Origin: Candidatus Poribacteria bacterium
GTDB lineage: Bacteria; Poribacteria; WGA-4E; WGA-3G
DNA length: 64,000 nucleotides
Assembly (NCBI GenBank): GCA_965242965.1
Contig: OZ251518.1
Span: 3,584,001-3,648,000, forward strand
Direction: 5' to 3'
Shown: positions 1 to 8,871 of the stretch, piece after piece
Numbering within the stretch: the first letter of the stretch is position 1
Layout: the number at the start of each line of letters is the position of its first letter
The notes under the pieces: model-generated
The model's database searches: none
Seen by the model: only the letters and a program-made list of their open reading frames with translations
Told to the model about the DNA's origin: nothing
Made by a program: the position numbers and the translations under genes

Positions 1-814
1 TAATACGCTAACCTTGCGGCTTGCGGATTCAATGACGGCGGAGTTGCGGCAGCTGTTTAAGTATTTGCGGTTTCATCAGTTGTTGTCGACGATTCAGAAA
101 GAATCGGGACCGGGGGTATCGAAGCCAGAGGGGTTTTCCGATGAGGCATCGAGACTAGGGGAGTTTTCCGGTGGTGCATCGAGACCAGGAGGTCTCGCCT
201 ACGGGGAGGAGAAGGCGTTTTATCAGATTACGGTGGATGGGCCGCTGAATCTGTTTTACAAGACGAAGCGGTATGGCATGAATCTGGCGAATTTCTTTGT
301 TGCGGTGCTGCATCAGCCGGAGTGGGAGTTGATGGCGGAGATCCGACTTCGGCATCAGCCGACTTATCAGTTGCGTTTAGATGAATCTTGCGGTATCAAG
401 CCGATTTCGCAGCAGTTCCTCGCCTATATTCCGGAGGATATCCAACTTTTTCAGACGATGCTTCACAATAAAACGGATGCATGGCGCGTTACGCCGGGGA
501 GTCATTTTCTCCCTTTGATGGGCGATTTTTACTGTTTTCCGGATTACGCGCTGGTGCATCAAAGTGGTGTGGAGGCGGCGATTGAGTTATTTCATCCGTG
601 GCATCAGGGGCATCTCATCGCGCGGCTGAACACCCTTGCGGAACATTCCGCCGCAACAAACCTGATTTTGGGAGTCTCTACCGAGTTGTCAAAGCAGCCG
701 ATGCTTGCGGCGGCGTTGGAGGCATCGGCATATTTCTCGGCATTTGGGTTCACGTTCCGTTCTGTGCCGACGATGGGCGCGTTGCTTCCGATTTTGGAGT
801 CGCTGGTTGGCTGA
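1..814 (+). CDS. DUF790-family (Bax1-like) putative nuclease, 3' part; start uncertain
   Basis: Motif ITVDGPLNLFYKTKRYGMNLA and C-terminal FPDY...IELF resemble DUF790. Contains an in-frame REP-derived insertion at about 100-205. Confidence 0.7.
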   Translation, partial: NTLTLRLADSMTAELRQLFKYLRFHQLLSTIQKESGPGVSKPEGFSDEASRLGEFSGGASRPGGLAYGEEKAFYQITVDGPLNLFYKTKRYGMNLANFFVAVLHQPEWELMAEIRLRHQPTYQLRLDESCGIKPISQQFLAYIPEDIQLFQTMLHNKTDAWRVTPGSHFLPLMGDFYCFPDYALVHQSGVEAAIELFHPWHQGHLIARLNTLAEHSAATNLILGVSTELSKQPMLAAALEASAYFSAFGFTFRSVPTMGALLPILESLVG

Positions 815-842
815 GAACCGTCCGGTTTCTGTCCAAAAAAAC

Positions 843-872
843 TTGACATTGCCTTCTGAATTCTGATATAAT
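843..872 (+). promoter_or_regulatory. sigma70-type promoter for the AAA-ATPase cluster
   Basis: TTGACA (843-848), 18 nt, TATAAT (867-872) with an extended -10 TG; GAGGA RBS before ATG 918. Confidence 0.8.
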
Positions 873-917
873 AGTTAACAGGAAATCGGAACGCCGCTGA
901 AAAATGAGGAATGAGCT

Positions 918-2558
918 ATGAAATGGTTTGAAACGCGAGGCCCCGTGAACCCTGAAGATAACTACGTCGTTGCTCGGCCGGCTGAGCTTGCGGATTTCAT
1001 CAAGCGAGTGAAACGGGGCCGCTACGTCGTGCTCTTCGCGCCGCGTCAAACGGGGAAGACGACGTTCTTCAAGACTGCGCTAGAGATGTTGGAAACCGCC
1101 GAAGCAGGCGCATATCTCCCGATACAACTCAATTTTGAGGCGTATAACAACCTCGCCAGTCTTGATTTTTACGAGGCACTCTACGAAGATATTCGCGAAG
1201 AAATAACGGGCGTTTTTCGTCGGCAAGGAAAAGTGCCGTCGGATGCCCTCGTCCACCTTTTGGAGAACACGAAACTCACGACAGCACTTTCTATGAGAAG
1301 GTTCCTGACTCAGTTAGGGGAATCGCTCTCCCCGCTGCGGGTTGTCATCATTATTGATGAGTTTGATGGCATCCCGCAAGCCGCCCTCAGCGATTTTCTG
1401 CATACGCTCCGGCACATCTACCTCCTGGGGAGGAAGGAACGCTGTCCCTACAGTGTCGGCATCGTTGGCGTAAAGAGCATCACGCAGCTGAATTACGATA
1501 GGACTATCTCACCGTTCAATGTTCAGGATGAGTTCCACTTGCCGAATTTCACGTTGGCGCAGGTGCAGGAATTGCTCGGAGAATATACCGCGGAGGTGGG
1601 ACAGGCGTTCGCGCCGGCTGTCATTGAGACGCTGCATCGGCAGACAGGTGGGCAGCCGTTTCTTGTCAACCGTCTGGCGCAGCTACTCACTGAGGAGATG
1701 GACATTCCGAAGACAGAGACGATTACCGCCGCGCACTTCGCGCAGGCACATCAGGAAATTCTGGGTGAATACAACGTCAACATTGCGCATCTCCGGACGA
1801 ATATCCGCAGAAACCCGCGCTTTCAGCGTCAGCTCATGCAAATCATCTCCTACGATGAAGGCGTGAGATTCAATCCGGACGATGACATCCTCAGTGAATT
1901 GGCTACCTACGGTGTCATCGCAAAGGGGGAGCGAGGCTTGTGTGAGATTGCGAACCCGATTTATCTTTACCGCATCTTGCAAACGTTTGAACCGTTGATT
2001 AACGGGCTGGAGCAAGACTACTATCCGCAGGACACGGGCAACGGGTATCACGATTACCTCACGGCGGATGGCGCGATAGCCATGGAGCGGTTGCTGGATA
2101 ACTTTCGGGATTTCATTGCGCGCGCGGGGTTCCGCATCTTGCAAGTGCCGGATACCCCGCGGGAATATGTCGGACAATATCTGCTGTTCGCCTATCTAGA
2201 TCAGTTTGTCCGCCAGGTGCGGGGTGCGATGCATTTGGAGGTGCAAACCGGGCGCGGTCGGGCAGACCTGGTGATATTCCATCACGGCCAGAAACATATC
2301 GTGGAGACGAAGATTTGGCAGGGCGAAAAGAGTTATCGCGCGGGCAAGGCGCAACTGTCTGCGTATCTAAAACTGGAAGGCGTGCCGGCGGGATACTATG
2401 TGGTGTTCGATCATCGTGAAACGCCGGTGCCGCGCGTGGAAACGGAAACGGTGGAGGGACAGACGATTCGGAGTTACGTCATTCCGGTCGTGCAAAAACG
2501 TCCATCAACAGCGAGTGACAGCGACGGTGCGATGCCCGTTGAGAGGAGTGAACCATGA
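918..2558 (+). CDS. AAA-ATPase (AAA_35-like) with C-terminal PD-(D/E)XK nuclease-like domain, copy A
   Basis: Walker A APRQTGKT, Walker B IIIDEFD, SPFN motif, C-terminal GRADL...VETK. Confidence 0.85.
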   Translation: MKWFETRGPVNPEDNYVVARPAELADFIKRVKRGRYVVLFAPRQTGKTTFFKTALEMLETAEAGAYLPIQLNFEAYNNLASLDFYEALYEDIREEITGVFRRQGKVPSDALVHLLENTKLTTALSMRRFLTQLGESLSPLRVVIIIDEFDGIPQAALSDFLHTLRHIYLLGRKERCPYSVGIVGVKSITQLNYDRTISPFNVQDEFHLPNFTLAQVQELLGEYTAEVGQAFAPAVIETLHRQTGGQPFLVNRLAQLLTEEMDIPKTETITAAHFAQAHQEILGEYNVNIAHLRTNIRRNPRFQRQLMQIISYDEGVRFNPDDDILSELATYGVIAKGERGLCEIANPIYLYRILQTFEPLINGLEQDYYPQDTGNGYHDYLTADGAIAMERLLDNFRDFIARAGFRILQVPDTPREYVGQYLLFAYLDQFVRQVRGAMHLEVQTGRGRADLVIFHHGQKHIVETKIWQGEKSYRAGKAQLSAYLKLEGVPAGYYVVFDHRETPVPRVETETVEGQTIRSYVIPVVQKRPSTASDSDGAMPVERSEP

Positions 2559-4195
2559 AATGGTTTGAAACGCGAGGGCCCGTTAACCCTGAAGATAACT
2601 ACGTTGTTGCTCGGCCGGCTGAGCTTGCGGATTTCATCAAGCGAGTGAAACGGGGCCGCTACGTCGTGCTCTTTGCGCCGCGCCAAACAGGGAAGACGAC
2701 GTTCTTCAAGACTGCGCTAGAGATGCTGGAAACCGCCGGAGAAGGCGCATATCTCCCGATACAACTCAATTTTGAGATTTATGAAGGCTATGGCCGTGCC
2801 GAGTTCTATGGCAGTCTCCGCGAAAATATTTGTATGGAAATAGCGGCAGTTTTTCGTCAGCGTCGCATTCCGCTTACTGAAGAGTTGGCAGACTTTTTGG
2901 CGAACGCGCCGCTAACAAATTCGCTTTCACTGGGAAGTTTCTTTCGGCAACTCGGACTGCTGCTAGCCCAGCAACGGGTTGTCCTCCTCATTGACGAGTT
3001 TGATGCTATCCCGCGGGAGGAATTGCGCAATTTTCTGCGGACGCTCCGGTATATCTACCTGCTAGGGCGGAAGGAACGCTGTCCCTATAGCGTCGGCATC
3101 GTTGGCGTGAAGAGCATCACGCAGTTGGACTACGATAGGACTATCTCGCCGTTCAATATTCAGGATGAGTTCCACTTGCCGAATTTCACGTTGGCGCAGG
3201 TGCAGGAACTGCTTGGAGAATATACGGCGGAAGTCGGACAAGCATTTGCACCTGCCGTTGTTGAATCCCTGCATCGGCAGACAGGTGGGCAGCCGTTTCT
3301 TGTCAACCGTTTGGCGCAGCTGCTCACCGAGGAGATGGACATCTCACAGACAGAAACGATTACCGCCGTGCACTTCGCGAAAGCGCATCAGCACATTCTG
3401 GGTGAAGACAACGTCAACCTTGTGCATCTCCGGACGAATGTCCGCAGAAACCCGCGCTTTCAGCATCGCCTGATGCAAATCATTTCCTACGATGAAGGCG
3501 TTGACTTCAATCTTGATGACGACATCCTCAGTGAATTGGCTACCTACGGTGTCATCGCAAAGGGGGAGAGAGGCTTGTGTGAGATTGCGAACCCGATTTA
3601 TCTTTACCGGATTTTGCGGACATTTCAACCGTTTATCAACGGGCTGGAGCAGGACTACTATCCGCAGGACACGGGCAACGGTTACCACGATTACCTCTCG
3701 GCGGAGGGTGCTATTGCCATGGAGCGGTTGCTGGATAACTTTCGGGATTTCATTGCGCGCGCCGGGTTCCGCATCTTACAAGTGCCGGATACCCCGCGGG
3801 AATATGTCGGACAGTATTTGCTGTTCGCCTACTTGGACCAGTTTGTTCGGCAGGTGCGCGGTGCGATGCATCTGGAGGTGCAAACCGGGCGGGGCCGGGC
3901 AGATTTGGTGATATTCCATCAAGGCCAGAAACATATCGTAGAGACGAAGATTTGGCAGGGCGAAAAGAGTTATCGCGCCGGTAAGGCGCAACTGTCTGCG
4001 TATCTAAAATTGGAAGGCGTGTCGGCGGGATACTATGTCGTCTTCGATCATCGTGAAACGCCGGTGCCGCGCGTGGAGATGGAAACGGTGGAGGGACGAA
4101 CGATTCGGAGTTACGTCATTCCGGTGCTGCAAAAACGTCCGTCAACCGCGGTTGACAGCGAGAGGACGATGCCCGTTGAGAGGAGTGAACCATGA
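2555..4195 (+). CDS. AAA-ATPase/PD-(D/E)XK nuclease-like protein, copy B
   Basis: Paralogue of 918-2558 with the same motifs; ATGA overlap with copy A. Confidence 0.85.
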   Translation: MKWFETRGPVNPEDNYVVARPAELADFIKRVKRGRYVVLFAPRQTGKTTFFKTALEMLETAGEGAYLPIQLNFEIYEGYGRAEFYGSLRENICMEIAAVFRQRRIPLTEELADFLANAPLTNSLSLGSFFRQLGLLLAQQRVVLLIDEFDAIPREELRNFLRTLRYIYLLGRKERCPYSVGIVGVKSITQLDYDRTISPFNIQDEFHLPNFTLAQVQELLGEYTAEVGQAFAPAVVESLHRQTGGQPFLVNRLAQLLTEEMDISQTETITAVHFAKAHQHILGEDNVNLVHLRTNVRRNPRFQHRLMQIISYDEGVDFNLDDDILSELATYGVIAKGERGLCEIANPIYLYRILRTFQPFINGLEQDYYPQDTGNGYHDYLSAEGAIAMERLLDNFRDFIARAGFRILQVPDTPREYVGQYLLFAYLDQFVRQVRGAMHLEVQTGRGRADLVIFHQGQKHIVETKIWQGEKSYRAGKAQLSAYLKLEGVSAGYYVVFDHRETPVPRVEMETVEGRTIRSYVIPVLQKRPSTAVDSERTMPVERSEP

Positions 4196-5814
4196 GATAT
4201 TTTGAGACGCGAGGACCCGTGAATGCCGAGGAGAACTACGTTGTCGCGCGGCTGCAGGAGACAGCGGATTTTATGAGGCGCGTGGCGTTGGGACGGTATA
4301 TCGTGCTTTTTGCGCCGCGTCAGACAGGGAAGACGACGTTCTTCAAAACGGCTGCAGAGCGGCTGGAGACAGAGGAGGCAGGTGCCTATCTTCCGATACA
4401 ACTCAATTTTGAGATTTATGAAGATTGGCACGGTTCTGAATCGGAGTTTTACGGCGTTTTCTACCAGCGGCTTTGCCAAGAGCTTGCGAACGTTTTTCGC
4501 GAGCGGCAACCACACCCGGGTCCAGCCGCCTTAACGCAGTTTTTGGAGAATACCGCGATAACCGACCGGTTTTCACTACTGGCGTTTTTTGAAGCCCTCG
4601 GGCGGCTCCTTGGCAACCAGCGCGTTGTGCTCATCATTGACGAGTTTGATGCGATTCCGCCGCCCGCGGTGAAAGGCTTCCTCCGCACGCTCCGGCACAT
4701 CTATATTTCGGGCAAACCTCGGTGTCCACATAGCGTCGCCATTGTCGGCGTGAAAAATATCACGCAGTTGAACTATGATAGGACTATCTCGCCGTTCAAT
4801 GTGCAGGATGAGTTCCATCTGCCGAACTTCACGTTGGCGCAGGTGCAGGAATTGCTCGGAGAATATACGGCAGAAGTCGGACAGGCGTTCGCGCCGGCTG
4901 TCATTGAAACGCTGCATCGGCAGACAGGTGGGCAGCCGTTTCTTGTCAACCGTCTGGCGCAGCTACTCACTGAGGAGATGGACATTCCGAAAACGGAAAC
5001 GATTCACCTGGGACACTTTTCCGGGGGGCATGCGCAAATCCTGCACGAACAAAATGTCAACATCCATCACCTCACTACCAATATCCGCAGAAACCCGCGC
5101 TTTCAGCGTCAGCTCATGCAAATCATCTCCTACGATGAAGGCGTGAGATTCAATCTGGAAAATGACATCCTCAGTGAATTGGCTACCTACGGTGTCATCG
5201 CAAAGGGGGAGGGCGGCTTATGTGAGATTGCGAACCCGATTTATCTTCACCGCATCTTGCAAACGTTTGAACCGCTGATTAACGGGTTGGAACAAGAATA
5301 CTATCCACAGGACACGGGCAACGGGTATCACGATTACCTCACGGCGGATGGCACTATTGCCATGGGGCGGTTGCTGGATAACTTCCGCGATTTCATTGCG
5401 CGCGCCGGGTTCCGCATTCTGCAAGTGCCGGATACCCCGCGGGAATATGTCGGACAGTATCTACTGTTGGCCTACTTGGACCAGTTTGTCCGCCAGGTGC
5501 GGGGTGCGATGCATCTGGAGGTGCAAACCGGGCGGGGCCGGGCAGACCTGGTGATATTCCATCAAGGCCAGAAACACATCGTGGAGACGAAGATTTGGCA
5601 GGGCGAAAAGAGTTATCGCGCGGGTAAGGCGCAGTTGTCCGCGTATCTAAAACTGGAAGGCGTGCCGGCGGGTTACTATGTCGTCTTCGATCATCGCGAA
5701 ACGCCGGTGCCGCGCGTGGAAACGGAAACGGTGGAGGGACGGACGATTCGGAGTTACGTCATTCCGGTCGTGCAAGAACGTCCCTCAGTAATGACAACGG
5801 AGGAAACATCATGA
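4192..5814 (+). CDS. AAA-ATPase/PD-(D/E)XK nuclease-like protein, copy C
   Basis: Third paralogue with the same motifs; ATGA overlaps on both sides. Confidence 0.85.
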   Translation: MRYFETRGPVNAEENYVVARLQETADFMRRVALGRYIVLFAPRQTGKTTFFKTAAERLETEEAGAYLPIQLNFEIYEDWHGSESEFYGVFYQRLCQELANVFRERQPHPGPAALTQFLENTAITDRFSLLAFFEALGRLLGNQRVVLIIDEFDAIPPPAVKGFLRTLRHIYISGKPRCPHSVAIVGVKNITQLNYDRTISPFNVQDEFHLPNFTLAQVQELLGEYTAEVGQAFAPAVIETLHRQTGGQPFLVNRLAQLLTEEMDIPKTETIHLGHFSGGHAQILHEQNVNIHHLTTNIRRNPRFQRQLMQIISYDEGVRFNLENDILSELATYGVIAKGEGGLCEIANPIYLHRILQTFEPLINGLEQEYYPQDTGNGYHDYLTADGTIAMGRLLDNFRDFIARAGFRILQVPDTPREYVGQYLLLAYLDQFVRQVRGAMHLEVQTGRGRADLVIFHQGQKHIVETKIWQGEKSYRAGKAQLSAYLKLEGVPAGYYVVFDHRETPVPRVETETVEGRTIRSYVIPVVQERPSVMTTEETS

Positions 5815-6296
5815 AGGGAATTATCGCGATAAGCCTACTGCTGTGCCTCGCGGCGTGCGGGCCGAAAAGCATCCCCTATTCGGACAGCACGGACGCGCCA
5901 GAGCCGAGCGATGTCGCCAAGGCGCACTATAACTGGGGCACAGAAGCCGCACAAGATGGTGACTTAGCACAGGCGATTATTGAACTCAAATTGGCGATTC
6001 AGAATGAACCGCGCTGGGCAATGCCGTATTTCACCCTCGGCGTTGTCTACGGAAATCAGGGTGAACTCGACCGGGCTATCCCCGCATGGGAGCGTGCGAC
6101 GCAGTTAGATGCAGACTTTGCGAAGGCGCATTACAACCTCGCCATCGCCTATTCGGTGAAGAAACAGAAGGCGATGTCTATCGCATCGCTGCGCGAAGCA
6201 GCGCGGTTAGATAAAGCCGCTCTCGCCGCAGCGAAAGCGGAACCCGGATTTGATAACATTCGGGAAATGCCCGCGTATCAGCAATTGATAAAATAG
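5811..6296 (+). CDS. TPR-repeat lipoprotein
   Basis: Lipobox LAAC; TPR motifs AKAHYNWG, AMPYFTLG, AKAHYNLA. Confidence 0.85.
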   Translation: MKGIIAISLLLCLAACGPKSIPYSDSTDAPEPSDVAKAHYNWGTEAAQDGDLAQAIIELKLAIQNEPRWAMPYFTLGVVYGNQGELDRAIPAWERATQLDADFAKAHYNLAIAYSVKKQKAMSIASLREAARLDKAALAAAKAEPGFDNIREMPAYQQLIK

Positions 6297-6307
6297 GAGG
6301 TAATACA

Positions 6308-7763
6308 ATGAGAAATGCCCTCTATTTTGGCGATAACCTCAACGTCATGCGCGAGATGCAAACCGCGCGCTACCACACCTGCTATCTCGATCCGCCGTTT
6401 AACAGCGGCCGCAACTACAACATCTTCCTCGCCGGCTCAAAAGCGCAACGCAAAGCGTTTGACGACATCTGGCGATGGGACGATGCCGCCCGCGAAAACC
6501 AAGCTGCTGTCCTTCACTACGCTCACTACGATGGACGGCACCCTGAACTCGTTGAAACCATGGACAATTTGTCGGATTGTTTAACAGGATTTGACCAAAT
6601 TTTGAAGGGGGGGGTATAAGGGCAAAAACGCGGATTCGATGCGTGCCTATCTCGCCTTCATGGCACCGCGCCTCGCGGAGATTTGGCGTTTACTAACGCC
6701 GGATGGAAGTGTGTATCTGCACTGCGACCCGCACGCAAGTCATTATCTGAAGGTGATGATGGACATTATCTTTGGTGCCAACCAATTCCAGAATGAATTC
6801 ATCTGGTATTATGGCGGCGGTGGTGCATCAAAACGGCGTTGGGCACGAAAACACGATGTCCTCCTTTTCTATACAAAGGGGAGTTCGTGGACATTCAACC
6901 TTGATGCTGTCCGCACGCCGCACAAGTGGAATAAGGGGCAAAAACGGGCAGACGGTTCGGAACGGGCGGAATCCGGTAAGATTCCTGACGATGTGTTTCA
7001 GTATCACTCGCTTATGCCCTGGTCAAAGGAGCGTCTTGGATATCCGACACAAAAGCCGCTTGCGCTGTTGGAACGCATCATTAAAGCCTCCTCTAACCCC
7101 GGCGACATCATCTTCGATCCGTTCTGTGGCTGTGGCACGGCGTTAGATGCCGCGCATGGACTCGACAGGCACTGGGTAGGCATCGATTTGACGGTGCTCG
7201 CTTTGGAACCGATGGAGCGGCGGCTGCGCGAACGTCACGGACTTACCCCCAAAGTCGATTACGACATCGAGGGATACCCCACGACGTGTCAGGATGCCAT
7301 CCTCCTCGCCGAGCAGAATCCGCACGATTTTGCAAACTGGGCCGTCACGCGATTGGGACTTTCTCCGACGGCGAACAGCAACGATGGCGGGTTTGATGGC
7401 ACGGGGAAGGTGCTACTTTGGGAAAACAGCCGCGCGGCGATGCAGCTGCCGGTTATCGCCGAAGTGAAATCGGGGCGGAGTTTGAACCTGAATCAGGTGC
7501 GCGCGTTCCGCACGGCGATGCAAGACGCGAACGCCGCCCTTGGGATTTTCATTACGCTGCACCCTGTCACGCGCGGGATGCGGAACCTCGCCGAAGCAGA
7601 AGGGACAATTGAGCATAACGGCAAACGATACCCGCGTTTGCAATTCTGGCAGGTAACGGATGCCTATTTTACGGATGGGCTTATTCCGGTGAAGTTGCCG
7701 TGGCAGATAGATGAGCGTCCGAAGGCGGCGCGGCATTATAGCGGGGAGCAGACCTATTTTTAA
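6308..7763 (+). pseudogene. beta-class N4/N6 DNA methyltransferase with C-terminal Mrr-like endonuclease domain, frameshifted at a G8 tract (6607-6614)
   Basis: Motif IV YLDPPF in ORF 6308-6619; motif I DPFCGCGT and DGGFDG...EVKSG in ORF 6639-7763. Deleting one G joins them in frame (KGGYKGKNADSMRAYL), giving about 484 aa. Confidence 0.85.
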
Positions 7764-7823
7764 GTGGTTCGGGTGGATATGGAAATCCTCCGTTACAAAA
7801 CGTTATTGAGGCACGAAAAACGC

Positions 7824-8765
7824 ATGGCGAATTACACGAAACTTTCATCGGTAGAACTCGCGGAGATACTCGCACATTACGCCATCGGCGAAGCGCGACA
7901 GCTTGAAGAGATGCCCGGGGGATTCGGAAACAGCAACTTTAAGTTGACGACGACAGAAGGCACGTTTCTGCTGAAAATTTGTGATGAGAAAAATGCGGCG
8001 GAGCTCCAGATGCAAATCGAGCTGCTCGCGCGGCTAAAAGAGCACGCTTATCCGACGGCGTATCCGATTTTGCAAAAGAATGGTGATGCTGTCTACGTGA
8101 TCGCGTCACCGGAATACCGCGTGATGCTTTATCCGTTTTTGCCCGGTGGCACGCCGCAGCTCTCTCCGAAGGTGCTATCGCAGCTCGGTGAGGCGTTGGC
8201 GAGACTGCATCGTATCCCACCCATTGCAGGGCTCCCGCGCTTTCCGATGGGCATGTCGCAAATCAGACCGTTTTTAGCGGAAGTGCAGACTACGCCGTTT
8301 GCTGCGCATCCGTTTATTGACTGGATGAAATCGGAATTGGAATCGATTGAACCGCAACTTAACGAACCGTTACCGACAGGGCTGCTGCACGGAGATCTTT
8401 TTGCAGATAACACCCTTTTTGATGGAGAGGAGCTGCGCGCGATCCTTGACTTTGAGGAGGGATGTCACGATACTTTGCTCATTGATGTCGGGATGACAAT
8501 TATCGGGTGCTGTTATTCGGAACAGCATGCGTTGAATGCAGCAGCGGCGCGCAGTTTTTTAGATGCCTACGCTGCGCTGCGTCCTTTAACGCCTCGCGAG
8601 TCCGAGTGTTTGGACGCTTTCGTTCGCTATGCCGCGCTGGCGATTGCGTTCTGGCGGTTCCGCCAATTCAACATCCGCCGGCCGGATGCGCGCCTCGCGG
8701 ATGCGTATCAAGAGATGATAACCCGCAGTGCCGCTTGGCATTCCGTTTTTTCCACGGCCCCGTAG
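7824..8765 (+). CDS. thrB: homoserine kinase type II / APH-family phosphotransferase
   Basis: MANYTKLS start, GFGNSNF, HGDLFADN and ILDFEE motifs. The stop TAG is the TAG of a REP GTAG. Confidence 0.75.
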   Translation: MANYTKLSSVELAEILAHYAIGEARQLEEMPGGFGNSNFKLTTTEGTFLLKICDEKNAAELQMQIELLARLKEHAYPTAYPILQKNGDAVYVIASPEYRVMLYPFLPGGTPQLSPKVLSQLGEALARLHRIPPIAGLPRFPMGMSQIRPFLAEVQTTPFAAHPFIDWMKSELESIEPQLNEPLPTGLLHGDLFADNTLFDGEELRAILDFEEGCHDTLLIDVGMTIIGCCYSEQHALNAAAARSFLDAYAALRPLTPRESECLDAFVRYAALAIAFWRFRQFNIRRPDARLADAYQEMITRSAAWHSVFSTAP

Positions 8766-8845
8766 GGCGAGGGCCTGTCCCTCGCCGTGCATCGCATTCT
8801 GTTTTTCCCAGTATCCGTAGGGCGAGGGCCTGTCCCTCGCCACGC
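8760..8845. repeat. two GTAG-REP copies (GTAGGGCGAGGGCCTGTCCCTCGCC)
   Basis: Direct copies at about 8762 and 8817 of a palindrome found throughout the window. Confidence 0.9.
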
Positions 8846-8871
8846 ATCGCATTTAGCAAATCCGAAGAATT

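Noticed and set aside
918-5814. Diversity-generating retroelement explaining the variable segments
   Set aside because: Differences include indels and all base types rather than adenine-specific changes, and no reverse transcriptase is present.
6617-6619. Stop-codon readthrough or recoding in the first methyltransferase
   Set aside because: The downstream half is in a different frame, so a one-base change in the G tract explains it.
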